From: Lama glama
Lineage: Eukaryota
DNA length: 64,000 nt
Assembly: GCA_028534125.1 (NCBI GenBank)
Contig: CM052819.1
Coordinates: 54,560,001-54,624,000 of the forward strand
Direction of reading: 5' to 3'
The notes beneath the pieces are model-generated. The model was not told the DNA's origin. It searched no databases and saw only the letters and a list, made by a program, of their open reading frames with translations. A program made the position numbers and the translations under genes. This document shows positions 23,351-35,340 of this stretch, piece by piece (position 1 is the first letter of the stretch; each line of letters begins with the position of its first letter).

Positions 23351-26300
23351 AAGAGGATCTCAAGAATGGGGTCTCTGAATTGGTTCTGGAACTGATTTCT
23401 GGAAAGGGTTTTCTGGTCTGATCATATTTAAACACATTAATGATCCTGACGCCAGTGATAAAGAGGACACTGGTGGTTCATGGTAGGCGGTGGCCAAACA
23501 GCTACCTAAATTATCACCTGTAACACCTGTAATTAAGTACCTCGAGGAGGCAAGGCTTTGGATGACCAAGTATTTGCTGTCCTAGAACATTTTGGTGAAA
23601 ACAAGGGAGAGAGAAGTATTGCTGGGTAGTTTCTAAGTGTGTTAGAGAACTTGGAGGAAGAAAATTATGACCTTAGGGCTTTAAGTCCCTGACTCAAGGT
23701 CTGGCTAAGGAAAACCTATACCTCCTATGTCTATAGAGCCAAGACTTCTCAAAATCAAACCCAGAGTCTAATCTTGGGGCAAATGATGCAAACTGGAATT
23801 ACGACCTCACAGGGTCTCTTATATTAAAGTTAGGACATTGATTAGGAAGAATGGGACCTTGAACACTGGGAAAGAGACATATGGGCAGATTCAGATGAGG
23901 CTGGGGGAGCTTAACGCCTGAATTTTGCAGACTCCTTTGCTAGAAGTAGCAACACTTCCTTCCTAACCGAAGAGCTCAGTCTCCCTTTTTCTGAAGGGTC
24001 TTTCACTGGACCTGGGCCAGAACCAAGGACCTAAGGTCCTTGCAGGAAACTGCTGATCCTCCTTAGGATCTGTCCCCACTGCCGCTCTTTGCTTCCAGAC
24101 TGGACTCAAGTTTCAGCAGCCCTGGGGGTTACAGATTAAAGTGTGATCCATGTGAAAATGTCATCTACAGCAAAAGAATTGCCAAGTTTTTCCAATTTAT
24201 ATTCACAGAAACCTGAGGAACATGCTTAGAAAGGGATCTTCCAAATGTTGAATCAGGGTGGAAGGAACCTAGTACCAAATGAGGCCAAATATGTCAATAG
24301 AGGAACAAAGAGCAGAGATTCTGAATTCAGTGTGTTACTTCAAGTAACTCAGAGTGGCTCTAATAGTTGGCTTGTTCATTGAACTAAACCCTAGACACAA
24401 TAGTGACTTATACCTAGTACAACTGAAATACTAGAACTTTCTTGACATAATGTAGCAGGAGGTAGCCAATGGCTTAAGGAAATCAGAACTCCGGAGTAGA
24501 TTTATTACATGAGACTTGCTTACTCACCTTCTAATTATGTCACCAGGGGTGTCCAAGGCCTTGTAACATGGTATGCATACTACAGGGGGGAGGTCCCAGT
24601 ATCTTTGAAAAACCTGTAGTAGCTAATAACTGTAGACCAGGAATGACCTTGGTGCAGCTGCTATGGACGTGGGCCCCACAAATTCATGGAGTCGATGGGA
24701 TGCCCAGATGGCAGAAACCAAGTGTAAGAAACTTAATCCGCAGGGACAAGGTGTTATCATAATGGACAGCAGAGCCAAAGCGTTAATTAGAATGGTTTGA
24801 CCTGCAGAGAGCTCTTTGTCTTTGGCTAATTGATCAGAGTGTCTGGAAAACTGGAACTGATGAGTGGCCTACTCAAGTCTTATTTGACTTGAATACATTG
24901 AAAAACTCTAGGTCTGCTGAATAGAGGTGACTTGATTGCAGTAGGAAATCATAGCCCCCTCAGTCAATTCCCAGACTCAGTCTCATAACCATTTGAATGA
25001 AAGAGAGGATGGATCCTCTAAGGAGGAAACTATTACTCAGCTCAAAATTTATACAGTAAATCTTTTTTCTAGGTTTTCCAAAAGGTACCTGAGGACATTT
25101 ATCAGTGAGGCTTCATACTGGTGAGAGAAAAATTGCCACATCTTTCAGGAATTACTGGGCATTGACTCTGAACTGGCACCAATTTCAAGAGACTGAAAAG
25201 GCCTCTATGGTCCACAGTCACAATAGGGGCTTAAGGAGGTGAGGTGATCAGTGGAGTTTTGGCCTGGGTTCGTCTCGCAGTGGGCTCAGCGTGTCTCCGA
25301 ATACCCTGTACTTACTTCCCCAGTTCCAGAACTGTTCGTTTTAGGAATAGACATACTTAGCAACAAGTAGACTCACCGCATTGCTTTCCTTATCCATGGA
25401 GTAAGGGCCATTTCTGGTAGGAAAGGTCAAGTGGAAGCCAGCAGAATCACTTCTACTCCCAAAAGGTTAAAGTAAAGAAGACCACATTCTTGAAGGTAAG
25501 GCAGACATTGGTGTCACCATGGTGGGCATGAAAGATGCAGAGGTCCCACCACCTCCCCAGCCAACTAGCTTATTTGGCCAGGAAAACAGATCTAGGAGAA
25601 TAACAATGGATTATCATTAACTTAATCTGAGGGTAGCTCCCATTGAAACTCCTTTTCCAGGTGTGGTTCTTCTGCTGAAGAGTGTCAACACTTGATTGAT
25701 TTGGCAAATGCTTTTATGTCTATTTCTCTTAAGAAAGACCACCAGGAGCAGTTCGCTTTCAGCCAGCAGGCCTGGCAATATACCTTCACTGTGCTGCCTA
25801 AGGGCTATATTAACTCCTCAGTCGACTGTCAATAACCAATCCCAGGGATCCTGACAGCCTCTTGGTTCCACAGGAAATCATCTGTATGCTGATCTCCAAT
25901 CGACTATGCTGATTGGTCCTGGTGGGCAGGAGATGACGGCTCCTCTGAATACCTTGGTATGAGAAATGTAAGCAGATGGAGGAAAATGAAACTCACAAAA
26001 CATCAGGGGCCAGCTATCTTGGTGACATTCCAAAGAGTCCAATGATGAGGGCATGTTGAGATGTTTTGTCCAATGGGAAAGAGAAATCGCAGCAGCTGGC
26101 CTCTCTTACCCCTGAGGAAGTGGCAGAATGCCCAGTGAGCCTCGGGATTTTGGAGGCAACTATATACTTCATGTGGTCATTTTACCTTAACTGGAAAGCC
26201 TACCACTTTTGAGTGGGGTCCAGAAACGAAGAAGACTTTGCAACAGATCCAGCTTGCTGAGCAAGCTGCTCTACCATCTGAATGCAATACAAGAGTCAGC

Positions 26301-26550
26301 AGGTCCGCTTGTGCTAGAAGTGCCTTGCAGCAGCTTAGGAAGCTTTATGGAACCCTTAGCAGGTCCCTATGAATAAGTCATAGGACAGATCTTCAGGATT
26401 TGAGCGCAAAACTATGGCATGCTCTGCAGGTAATTATTCTCCCTTTGGGGAAATTCTCTAGCTTGCTATTGGACATAATGAAGACTAAGTGTATTCCATG
26501 GGCTGGCAAATTCCCATGAGATCCAAGCTGACCATTATGAATTGAGTTTC
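23351..26550 (+). mobile_element. Degraded class III endogenous retrovirus (ERVL) internal region: gag-pro-RT, 3'-truncated
   Basis: Local translations: FQELLGIDSELAPISRD (25143-25193, decayed LLDTGSELTLIPGD protease motif); DLANAFMSISLKKDHQEQFAFSQQAWQYTFTVLPKGYINSS (25698-25820, RT with LPQG-like motif); FEWGPETKKTLQQIQLAEQAALPS (26208-26279). Many stops and frameshifts. Confidence 0.9.
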
Positions 26551-27149
26551 GTCTTTGTGAGTTCCAGTTTGACCCTGCTCTCTTCTGCTTCACGTCCAGT
26601 ACTTTTCCCCAACTGCGTTTCCAACTGGCCTATAGTAACCTCAGGCCACCATCAAATGCAGAGCTTTCTGTAGACTCCTGGATCAGTACTACTTTGTGGT
26701 CCCTGGTAGGTGACTTGGTGGTTCTGCATTCCTTATCAAACCCAGACTGGTAAAACTGTCTATTACGTACATGATTGTGTTTACTTCCATAATAGCTCTG
26801 CCTGATAGATTTAATCCCTCAAGTTGTACTGATAAAGAGGCTGAGAACTGAACAGTTTGCCAAGGGTCTCGTGAACACTGGAGTCAGATCACACTCACGT
26901 CCATCTAATTCCAGAACTGTACCACATTGCCACATTTCGGGCTTGGGAGGAGCATAAGGTCTTTGCCAAACTGTCTCCAAGTCCACCTTTGGGTGTCTGG
27001 TCTAAGATGTTTCCACAGGCTCCTGGGTCAACTCAGCCAATAAGATTTTGGGATCTGCTCACTTAAGTGCACTTCTTTCTCTGTGCCCTGCTTGGGTTAA
27101 TAATAATATTCATTTAAGTTAATAATAAATATTAAAACATGTTTAAATT

Positions 27150-27210
27150 ATTGAACCCAGGGCCTTGTGCATGCTAGGCATGCACTCTACCACTGAGCTA
27201 TACCCTCCCC
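27150..27210 (-). mobile_element. vic-1-like SINE head lacking its 3' end
   Basis: Reverse complement ggggagggtatagctcagtggtagagtgcatgcctagcatgcacaaggccctgggttcaat; no ccccagtacc or A-tail follows. Confidence 0.85.
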
Positions 27211-27539
27211 TCTTCTGTGCATTCTTGATTCTTTCCATCCCTGCCTCTATTTCCATCTCAAAGATTTTTCTGAGATATCATTTCATCTCCTTACAACTCA
27301 CTCTCTTGGCACCAGCAGCCCACCCACAGCAGCCTGCATCTATAAATCCATTCAGAGATTCACAATCATCTTCTGCATGTTAAAGCATCAGTTATGGGCC
27401 TTTCCCTGAGAGAGTAACTTATTGTACTTCTTTACAAATATTGTAGCTCTTTAGCTCTGAAATTGATCTGGCAGCACACTAACCTCTGGTTATTTGTCTG
27501 GGATGCCCTTCAAACCCCCTTCAGTCATAAAACATAAAA

Positions 27540-28215
27540 AAGATTGGCAACACCAGGTTTGAGTGAGCATGGAGAGAGGTGAGAATTCTCGGTGCTGCTG
27601 GTGGAAGCGTAGGTAGGCTGGGGGAACCACTCTGGAAGACTGTTTAGAAGCATTTATTAAAGATGAAGCTATGCATAGTTTTTATGACCCAGCAATTCCA
27701 CTTTCAGGAAAATTCCAACAAATGCACCCACATGGATAAGAACACTCCTAGCAGTACCGTTCAGAATAGTCCCACCATTTAGTCCCCCAGAAGAATGACA
27801 CAAATGCCCATCAAAGGTCAAATGGATGAGTGCATTGTGGTGTACTTTTATAGGTGGTGAAAATACTCAAACGGTAGGCTCACACTAGCGTGGGTGGTAT
27901 TGTCCCAAATGTTGAGAAAAGGAAGCCAGACACAGAGGTACATCTGAGTCCATCGTATGGAGGTCAAAGACAATCAGAATGGAATCTTGGTGGTCAGGAA
28001 TCAGAGGTACATATTTAGGTGGTGGGAGGAGAGAAAAGCAAGGAGATTGTTGCCTTAAAATTCAAGACAAAGTTATTTTTGATGGGGAGAGGTGTGAAAT
28101 GAAGGTGCTCCAGGGTGCTGACAATGTTCTGTTACTTGTACTGAACAATGGTGGTTATGCAAATACTCCTTTTATAAAGATTTGCTTTGTTGGTATGTTT
28201 TATGGACTTTATGTT
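27540..28215 (+). mobile_element. Old L1 (L1ME/MC-like) ORF2 end and 3' UTR
   Basis: atgacccagcaattccactttcagg, caaatgcccatcaaaggtcaaatggatgag, aatgttgagaaaaggaagccagacacagagg, gggtgctgacaatgttctgttacttg. Confidence 0.75.
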
Positions 28216-28949
28216 GTTGAATGATTTTTAAAACCCCACACATCACAGCACTCTGATAACTTTTACAGTGAGAATGCAAAGGGTGAATTGCAGGAGTCTT
28301 TGGAGAAACCTCAAATTCTCAAATGCCATTCTGGCAGTGGTTTTTTCCATAAAAATTTCATTTTCTGCCCAAGAAACAACACTTTCTAAGACCCCTTCAC
28401 TTTCAAAAGAAGGTTTTTTTTTTTCAGACAAGATTTTATCACTTAACAGAATCGTCACATGTGTTACCAGATGGAGAGTAAGAATGGGTGGAGTGGGCCC
28501 CTCCCTCATGAGCAAAGTGATGCACCAGGCTCCCCCCCTCTTCATAGCGCACCCTGTTTAAAGTCCAAGTCACAAGACTTCAGGGACCCTGGAGAATGAC
28601 TTATACCAAAAAGTACTAAGCTTGTCAATACAGTGATAGCTGACAGATTTACTGTGCAATTTGTTCATTCCCTTTCCCGGAAGAGGAAACTGAGGTGCAG
28701 AGAAGTTGATCAGTTTCCTATCCAGGAAGCTGAAATCCCAGGCGTTGGACAGAGGTCCTCTGATTCTGGAGCCTTTGGGAGTAACCCAACCATCCTACCA
28801 GCCCCCTACCATTGTCTGAATTGGGAATCAGCACATATTTGGGAATCTTTCAGCTCTCAGTCTCCCCATGGCCAAATAATCCATTTATTTTCTTTTCAAA
28901 AATATATTTTGATACTGTCCTTCACTTTCAATTTCTATGGCCTAGCATT

Positions 28950-29530
28950 GGCCAACATGATTCCTCATCTGGTTTATTGCAAAAACTTTCTACCTGTTCT
29001 CTCTGCATCCAACTCCTCTCTCTCCAGAGCCAAGTGCTGAGTCTTTTAATGGCTGTCCTTGCTGCCTTGTCACGTCCAGACCCTCACCATGACCTAGGAT
29101 GCCCGTCATGGCCTGGCCCTGCCTTTTCTTCAGCCTCATCTCCAACTCCTCTCTTTGCATATCTACCCGTGACCCCAGACTATTCACTGTAGCTCTAGGC
29201 ACCAGGATGTTCTAACCACAGTGCTTTTTTCTGACAGCCTCTCCCCTATTCCTTCCACCACCTCTTAGTCCCATTGATCCTTCAAGACCCAGTGAAAATG
29301 CCACCCCCTCCAGGAAGCATTCCCTTATGCCTTCCAGCCAGAGCCTATATCCCCCATTTCTCTGCCTCTCTCTTGTCATCTTTATCAGGCCCTGACTGAT
29401 ATTTGCACAGCCGTCACCACCTCTAGACTGTGAACTTTTAAGAACAGGACTGTGTCCTATTTACCTTCTAATCTCAAAAGGCTAGCATAGAACGTGAAGT
29501 ATCCTAGTAATTCAGTTAGTACAAATGGAT
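28950..29530 (+). mobile_element. L2 fragment
   Basis: tcctcatctggtttattgcaaaaactttctacctg...ccttcaagacccag...cctccaggaagcattccc...ctagactgtgaactttttaagaacaggactgtgtc. Confidence 0.7.
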
Positions 29531-30559
29531 CTACAGCACCCACTTAATCTGTACCCGGTGGTGAGGACTCACATGGCCCTGTGGCATTCTCTTGTCCTGA
29601 CATTCTGGCCCAATTCCTCCCAAAGCAAATGACTAAAGCAGAAGCCAGGTGGATGGAGCCTCTTCCTGGCCAAAAGGAGACAACTGATACCAGAACAGCA
29701 GAGAGAACGATTCATTTGGGGTGCAAATCTGGCTGGATGCCCATCTGAAAGAGACTTTCCCTGCCCTAGTCCAGGACTCCAAAGATTCTGCCAAGGTGAA
29801 TCAGGACAAGACGTGGAAAATTCCCCCATTCACATTTCAGGGAGAACCTGGAACTAGAAATCAACGTCTCAGGCTCAGCCTGTCTTGTTTTCCCAGACAG
29901 GACTCCCTGACTCTCCAGTCAGCCCTGAAGGAGCTGTAACAGGAATAGCGCAGGCTGCTGTGAAGCCTTTCATGTGGCTTTGCTGTGTGGAAAACCCCAG
30001 TCCTCTGGGTGCCGTCAGAACACAGATTCATTGAGAATCTGGCTTTTCTTCCAGGCAGGACATGGGGACTATTTTTCAAGGGTAAGTACTTGCATAATAG
30101 CCAGAGAAATATACATGTTTAATTTCCCTCGAGTCCTTGAAGCTTTCTTCCTTCAATAAACCATCCTGTGTGATCCTGTGACCTGAGATCTGGAAGTGGT
30201 TTTGTCCTGACCCCAAGCCTTGGCCTCCAGAGAGAGGGACTCTGTTCCATTTGGATGCACATGTGAATACCTGTGATACTGCCTTCTTCTTACCCAAATG
30301 GGCAGAGCAGATGGAGTTGCTAAAGTCTTTTAGCTGTAGGCTTTTCCAGGAGCTGAGCAAGTACCTGACAACCTGCCCGCCCTGTAAATTAAAAAGCAAC
30401 TATGTTGAGAGAGATAGTGAGCCCTGCAAGTGTGGGCAAAGAGATGGCATGCGAGCCTTTGAGATGCCCAGAGTCACAGTTGGCAGGGACAGTAGGAAAT
30501 GTCCTTGACAACCCTCTCAATTTACAGAGCAGATAACAGATGTCCATGAAAGAAAATCC

Positions 30560-30730
30560 TGTCACCAGTGTTTACCAGAAACTGCCTGTTTAGGATCACC
30601 TGGGGAATCGGTCACAAATGCTACTTTCAGCGCATCCCAGACCCAGTCTCTGGGGATTCCCCCAGGAACCATAGTTTTAATCAGCTTCCTATGTGATTCT
30701 AATGCACCCTGAAGTTTAGAAACCTGTGCT
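30560..30730. mobile_element. MER5A remnant
   Basis: ttaggatcacctgggga...ttttaatcagcttcctatgtgattctaatgcaccctgaagtttagaaacc. Confidence 0.7.
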
Positions 30731-32570
30731 AAGCACTCTGGCCTGCTTAGACATCGGCTGGGTCCCACCTTCTCACAGACCTCAGCTGCTCTTTCATCTG
30801 GTCCCTCCATCTGCCATCAGTCCATCCTGGACTTCCTTGCCTCCAGATCATTTCTCTCTCCTTACAGTGCTCTCCCTAGCTCCCCTCCCCAGCCCCCCAG
30901 CCCTCCACCTAAGGCTCCTGGCCCCCCAGGCTACCAACATTTCCCCTTCTAACTCCAGGAGTGTTCCAGCAGGACAGGACCCAGAAAGAATCCCATGCTG
31001 CCTCCTCCTCCTGTCCCCCATCCATAAATGTTCCTTCCTCTATTTCTCCTGTGTACTAGGTGATGACATTACTCATGGAAGCCATTGCACCTGCTGTTTC
31101 TGGAAGCTGGAAGCACTGTATGGTCTTAAGAGGGATTTGTAAGATGACAACTGATTTTGAATCTGGGGACTCAAGGCTTCTTATAAATTGAGTCCTGGAA
31201 TTATTCACAAAGAAATAACCATTCTGCCAAATGTCTCTGTAGACTTCTGGTGTGTGTGGTTTAGAGCTTTGCTAAACTCGTGCAATGAAGCTTTTGTTGT
31301 TATAATCTTTGTCCTCCACCCATCCACTTCCAGCCATCAGTCATTGATTTAAGTGAAGGTCATTGTGAAATTCCTTCGTGAATGATATTTACTTGAAATC
31401 AGGCTGGTCTAGCCTTAAAAGAAGCGCAGCGGGAGACAGAAACACATGACTGTCGTAAACCTGGGTCACACTCCTGCTTCACCTCTTGCAACTGTCAGAC
31501 CTGGAGAACTTTCCTTCTCCTGCCTAGAGCTTCCATTCTCTCGTCGAAAAAGGGGTTGTCACATCTACGTCGCAGATGAGATGTTACAAAACCTAAACCC
31601 CAGTGCTGACACACAGGGAACGTCCCTCTCTTATTCTTTAACCTCACAAACTGCTATTTCAGACCATGTGCTGCAAAATTCCTAGTTCCCTGAGCTCTAA
31701 GACCCTTCTCAACAGCGAGCAGGCCCTTCTGGAAAGAACTATAGGTTGTTGAAGAGAGAAGCGTAGTTTGAGTCGTTACCACTGAAATGACAATGTCTCA
31801 GATAAGCACTTGGGATGCACTCAGTCATGGCGGCTGAGATAGGGATAAATTACCCAAGTTAGACTAGATGACATCCAAGATCTTCCCATTCTAATGAGTC
31901 TGTGATAACAAATTTCACATGGCTTTAAGACCCCTCGTAATTACAATCAAACCTGTCTCACAGACTCATCTAATGTTCTTCTAAACCACAGAATTCTTCC
32001 AAACCATTCAGTATACCATGTTCCATGAACATCATGCTTTCCACTCCTCCTTCCTCTTTCCAATACTGAATTCCACCTGCCCTTGAAGGCCCTCTTCCAT
32101 CAAGTTCTTCTTGCTTGCCCAGCTGTGGTCCACCCCTCCAGTCTCCCATCTGCACTTCTCTTAGGGTGCTAATATTAAACTACCTTGTCTTCTGGGAATG
32201 AGGGAACACATTCTTCCAGTCTGGGGACTCTTCTAGGACAGATGATGTGTCTCAGTTTTATTCAGAACCCCCGAAGTTGGCACATGAAAGCTGTTCATGG
32301 AATGTTTGTTGAAGTGAACCGAGGAATTCCAAGGATTAATTTACCTAGACTAACTCTTAGGCTTCAGTATCTTTCTTACTTAGGACATGTTGGCAATAAG
32401 GATCAGATACCCTCTCAATTTCAGGTGAAAAGAGTGGTCCCTAAAAGGATACAGGGGACTATTATCGACCTCCAAGGACAGGGAGGGAGTAATGCTGGGC
32501 CACAAGGGAACAGAAAAGTCTCCTTTCTCTGTCCATTAAAAGCTACAGGAACCTTCATCTCTCTCTCTCT

Positions 32571-33070
32571 NNNNNNNNNNNNNNNNNNNNNNNNNNNNNN
32601 NNNNNNNNNNNNNNNNNNNNNNNNNNNNNNNNNNNNNNNNNNNNNNNNNNNNNNNNNNNNNNNNNNNNNNNNNNNNNNNNNNNNNNNNNNNNNNNNNNNN
32701 NNNNNNNNNNNNNNNNNNNNNNNNNNNNNNNNNNNNNNNNNNNNNNNNNNNNNNNNNNNNNNNNNNNNNNNNNNNNNNNNNNNNNNNNNNNNNNNNNNNN
32801 NNNNNNNNNNNNNNNNNNNNNNNNNNNNNNNNNNNNNNNNNNNNNNNNNNNNNNNNNNNNNNNNNNNNNNNNNNNNNNNNNNNNNNNNNNNNNNNNNNNN
32901 NNNNNNNNNNNNNNNNNNNNNNNNNNNNNNNNNNNNNNNNNNNNNNNNNNNNNNNNNNNNNNNNNNNNNNNNNNNNNNNNNNNNNNNNNNNNNNNNNNNN
33001 NNNNNNNNNNNNNNNNNNNNNNNNNNNNNNNNNNNNNNNNNNNNNNNNNNNNNNNNNNNNNNNNNNNNNN
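32571..33070. other. Assembly gap (500 N)
   Basis: Run of N preceded by a (CT)n tract. Confidence 1.
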
Positions 33071-34129
33071 CCTCTTCAATGGATGATGATTCCCAAATCT
33101 CTCTAGAAGAGTTGCTCAAAGAACATGAGGATCAGTTCTTTGCCACAGAGATTCGTTGAGGCCCAGAAGATCGTGCTTTACAGCAACTTCTGAGACCTTC
33201 AGATTTATAAACCACCGCATCTGCTCTTATTGTCTTTACTGGCTTAAATATTGAAAGACTAATACTTTAGTGCCGAAGCAGGGAGCCGTGTGGTGGCGCG
33301 CTTCTTCTCACTGCGTTCTCTTCCCTATCTTCTTCTATTTCCAGAAGACTCTTACTCACGTGTCAATGCCCCATTTAAAAGTCTCCTCTTCTGCAAAGGC
33401 TTCCCTGACTTCACAGCCAGAACAAACCTCTCCCTCCTCTGGACGCCAATATACCCTTGAACCCACCATGAAGGCAGCATTTGTTATGCTCCACATGAGT
33501 CTCCCTGATGAACCTGGGTGCTCCCTGGTGCCACGAACCAAGAACCTGGTGCCTTCGTTTTCATGGTGCTTGACACCCAGGGTCTCTGATGCTTTGTTGA
33601 AGGAAGACCTGGGTTCTTTCCTCACACTTACTGTCTGGGATATTAAGCAAAACTCAATTTTCCTAAAGCTTAATATGTTCATCTCTAAAACAGGGGCAGT
33701 AATTATTATCACCCTGCCTACTCCGATCCCATCAGACCAGTGATGGTGAAAGCTTTGCAGATCTAAAGAACTGCAGGGGTGTGTGGGGCTTATTCTCCGT
33801 GCCTTCTGCGCAGCTCTCAGGAACGGCCTGCTGACCTGGCCCGAGATGGAGCATCATTACAGCCACACACGTTTTGGTTTCCATGGCCGGGTGACAAACT
33901 GTGTGTGGCTCTTAACCCCAAATACTGATGCCAGGTGCACTTCGCTGGCCTGGGTGGATCCCTCCTCCTTCCAGGGCAATAACCTCACATTAGCACCTGC
34001 AGTTTCACATGCCTAAAAATTGTAAAAGGAAGGACAGAATTAGAGCTATTTTCTTAGACTTAGGCTTCCCATAAGGTTTGCCTTAGTCCCCACCCACAAG
34101 GGACTGGGTTGTGAAGCCATTTCTTTTCT

Positions 34130-34545
34130 CAAGCCCTTCATTCATTCACTCACTGCTTCAGAGCTCTCCCTCATGTAAACAAGCTGGAGATGCAGAGTTG
34201 GGGGTGATGAGCGCTCTGACACGTCTGTGCAGATGTTCTCGGAGGACTGTGGAGGGGGAGCATCTATACCTGACAGACTCCAGGGAGAAGCTTCCTGCAG
34301 AAAATGACGTCTGAGCTGACTCCTGAAAGACAGGACTAACCAGGTGTCCTCGAGGAGGATGGAGAGGGCTTCCCTTGCAGCAGGAACAGCTTGTGCAAAA
34401 CCTGGAGGTGAGCAGAACGTGGTGTGCTCATGGCAGAACGAGCTGTTCAGAGCAGCTAGAGTGGAAAGCTAAGGGCTGCATGGGCAGAGACAGAGCCAGC
34501 GCAGGAGACAGGAGCCAGGCCGGGAAGGGTCTGAGGAGCCAGGAC
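34130..34545 (-). mobile_element. L2 fragment
   Basis: ttcattcattcactcac...cagggagaagcttcctgcagaaaatgacgtctgagctgactcctgaaaga...ggaacagcttgtgcaaaacctggaggtgag. Confidence 0.7.
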
Positions 34546-34889
34546 TTAGAACCTGCTGGGAGAAATGCCTGAAATTCCACTGCTAACACTTGCTGCAGGT
34601 CACGCAGTGAGCCTGCGGAGGAACACGTCTCAGGTTTCTGGTCCGAGCGCTTTGGCTTTCTTCACTCTTCCTTAAGTGGCGGCCACCTCTGGCCACATGC
34701 CAGCCCTAGCCCTGCGCCAGGTCGGGGAGGATGCCTCCAGCACAGGCATCCTGCTGTCTTCAAGGCCTCTGGGCTGAGACGAAAGAGCCGCCAGGAGGCC
34801 GGCAGCCCATGATGCTTCCCAAGCCCCACCCCAGGACTTCCCTTCCCTGGGCAATTTTCACTTTTCATAAAGATGTGTTGGTTTAGAGA

Positions 34890-35340
34890 CCAGGGACTTG
34901 GAGCTGAGGAACCCTGATCAGGGACCTCCCGGCCCCCCCAGGCAGGCACTTTGCCTTCGCCGCCGCTGCCAGCCCCTGATGGTGGGGGGCGGGTGGGGAG
35001 AAGGGGGAATGCGGTCGGGGGGCTGTGGGCCACCAACCAGGTTAAGTTCCCCACCCGCTGCCCGGCTCCCCGCCTGCCCCTCAGCAGCCGCAGCCAGGCG
35101 CACGATGGCTTCCAGCAAGGAGCCTGAGAGCCGCACAGAGGAAATGGCAAGAGGGTGAGTCAGCCCGAGGCTCAAGGCAGCCTGGGCTGCAGCCCACAAC
35201 AGGACCTTTGTGCTGTGCTGCAGGAGGACGAGAGGGACCGCCACGGGGAGGCGGGCATTTCAGGGCGCTGACTAATGGTCCAGAGAGGGGAGGAATCTCT
35301 CTCGGAAGGGGACCGACCTCTGGGCGCCCTCACTCTGCAG
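34890..35340 (+). promoter_or_regulatory. CpG/GC-rich promoter-like element with candidate first exon ending at 35154
   Basis: GC boxes and G4 at 34984-35007; CACCC box; about 20 CpGs; acgATGG at 35105; AGG|GTGAGT donor at 35155 overlapping an AP-1 site TGAGTCA (35156-35162). Confidence 0.45.

Noticed and set aside
27150-27210. Possible tRNA-Ala genes (also 6670, 49561, 50606)
   Set aside because: They lack a proper acceptor stem and Pol III terminator; the other three have A-tails and two have clear TSDs. They are SINEs, not tRNA genes.
33071-33159. Protein-like peptide SSMDDDSQISLEELLKEHEDQFFATEIR after the gap
   Set aside because: gatgatgattcccaaatctct resembles the L2 RT-region text (gctgatgactcccaaatct). 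The long ORF call exists only because it reads through Ns. The gap content is unknown, so a last exon cannot be fully excluded.
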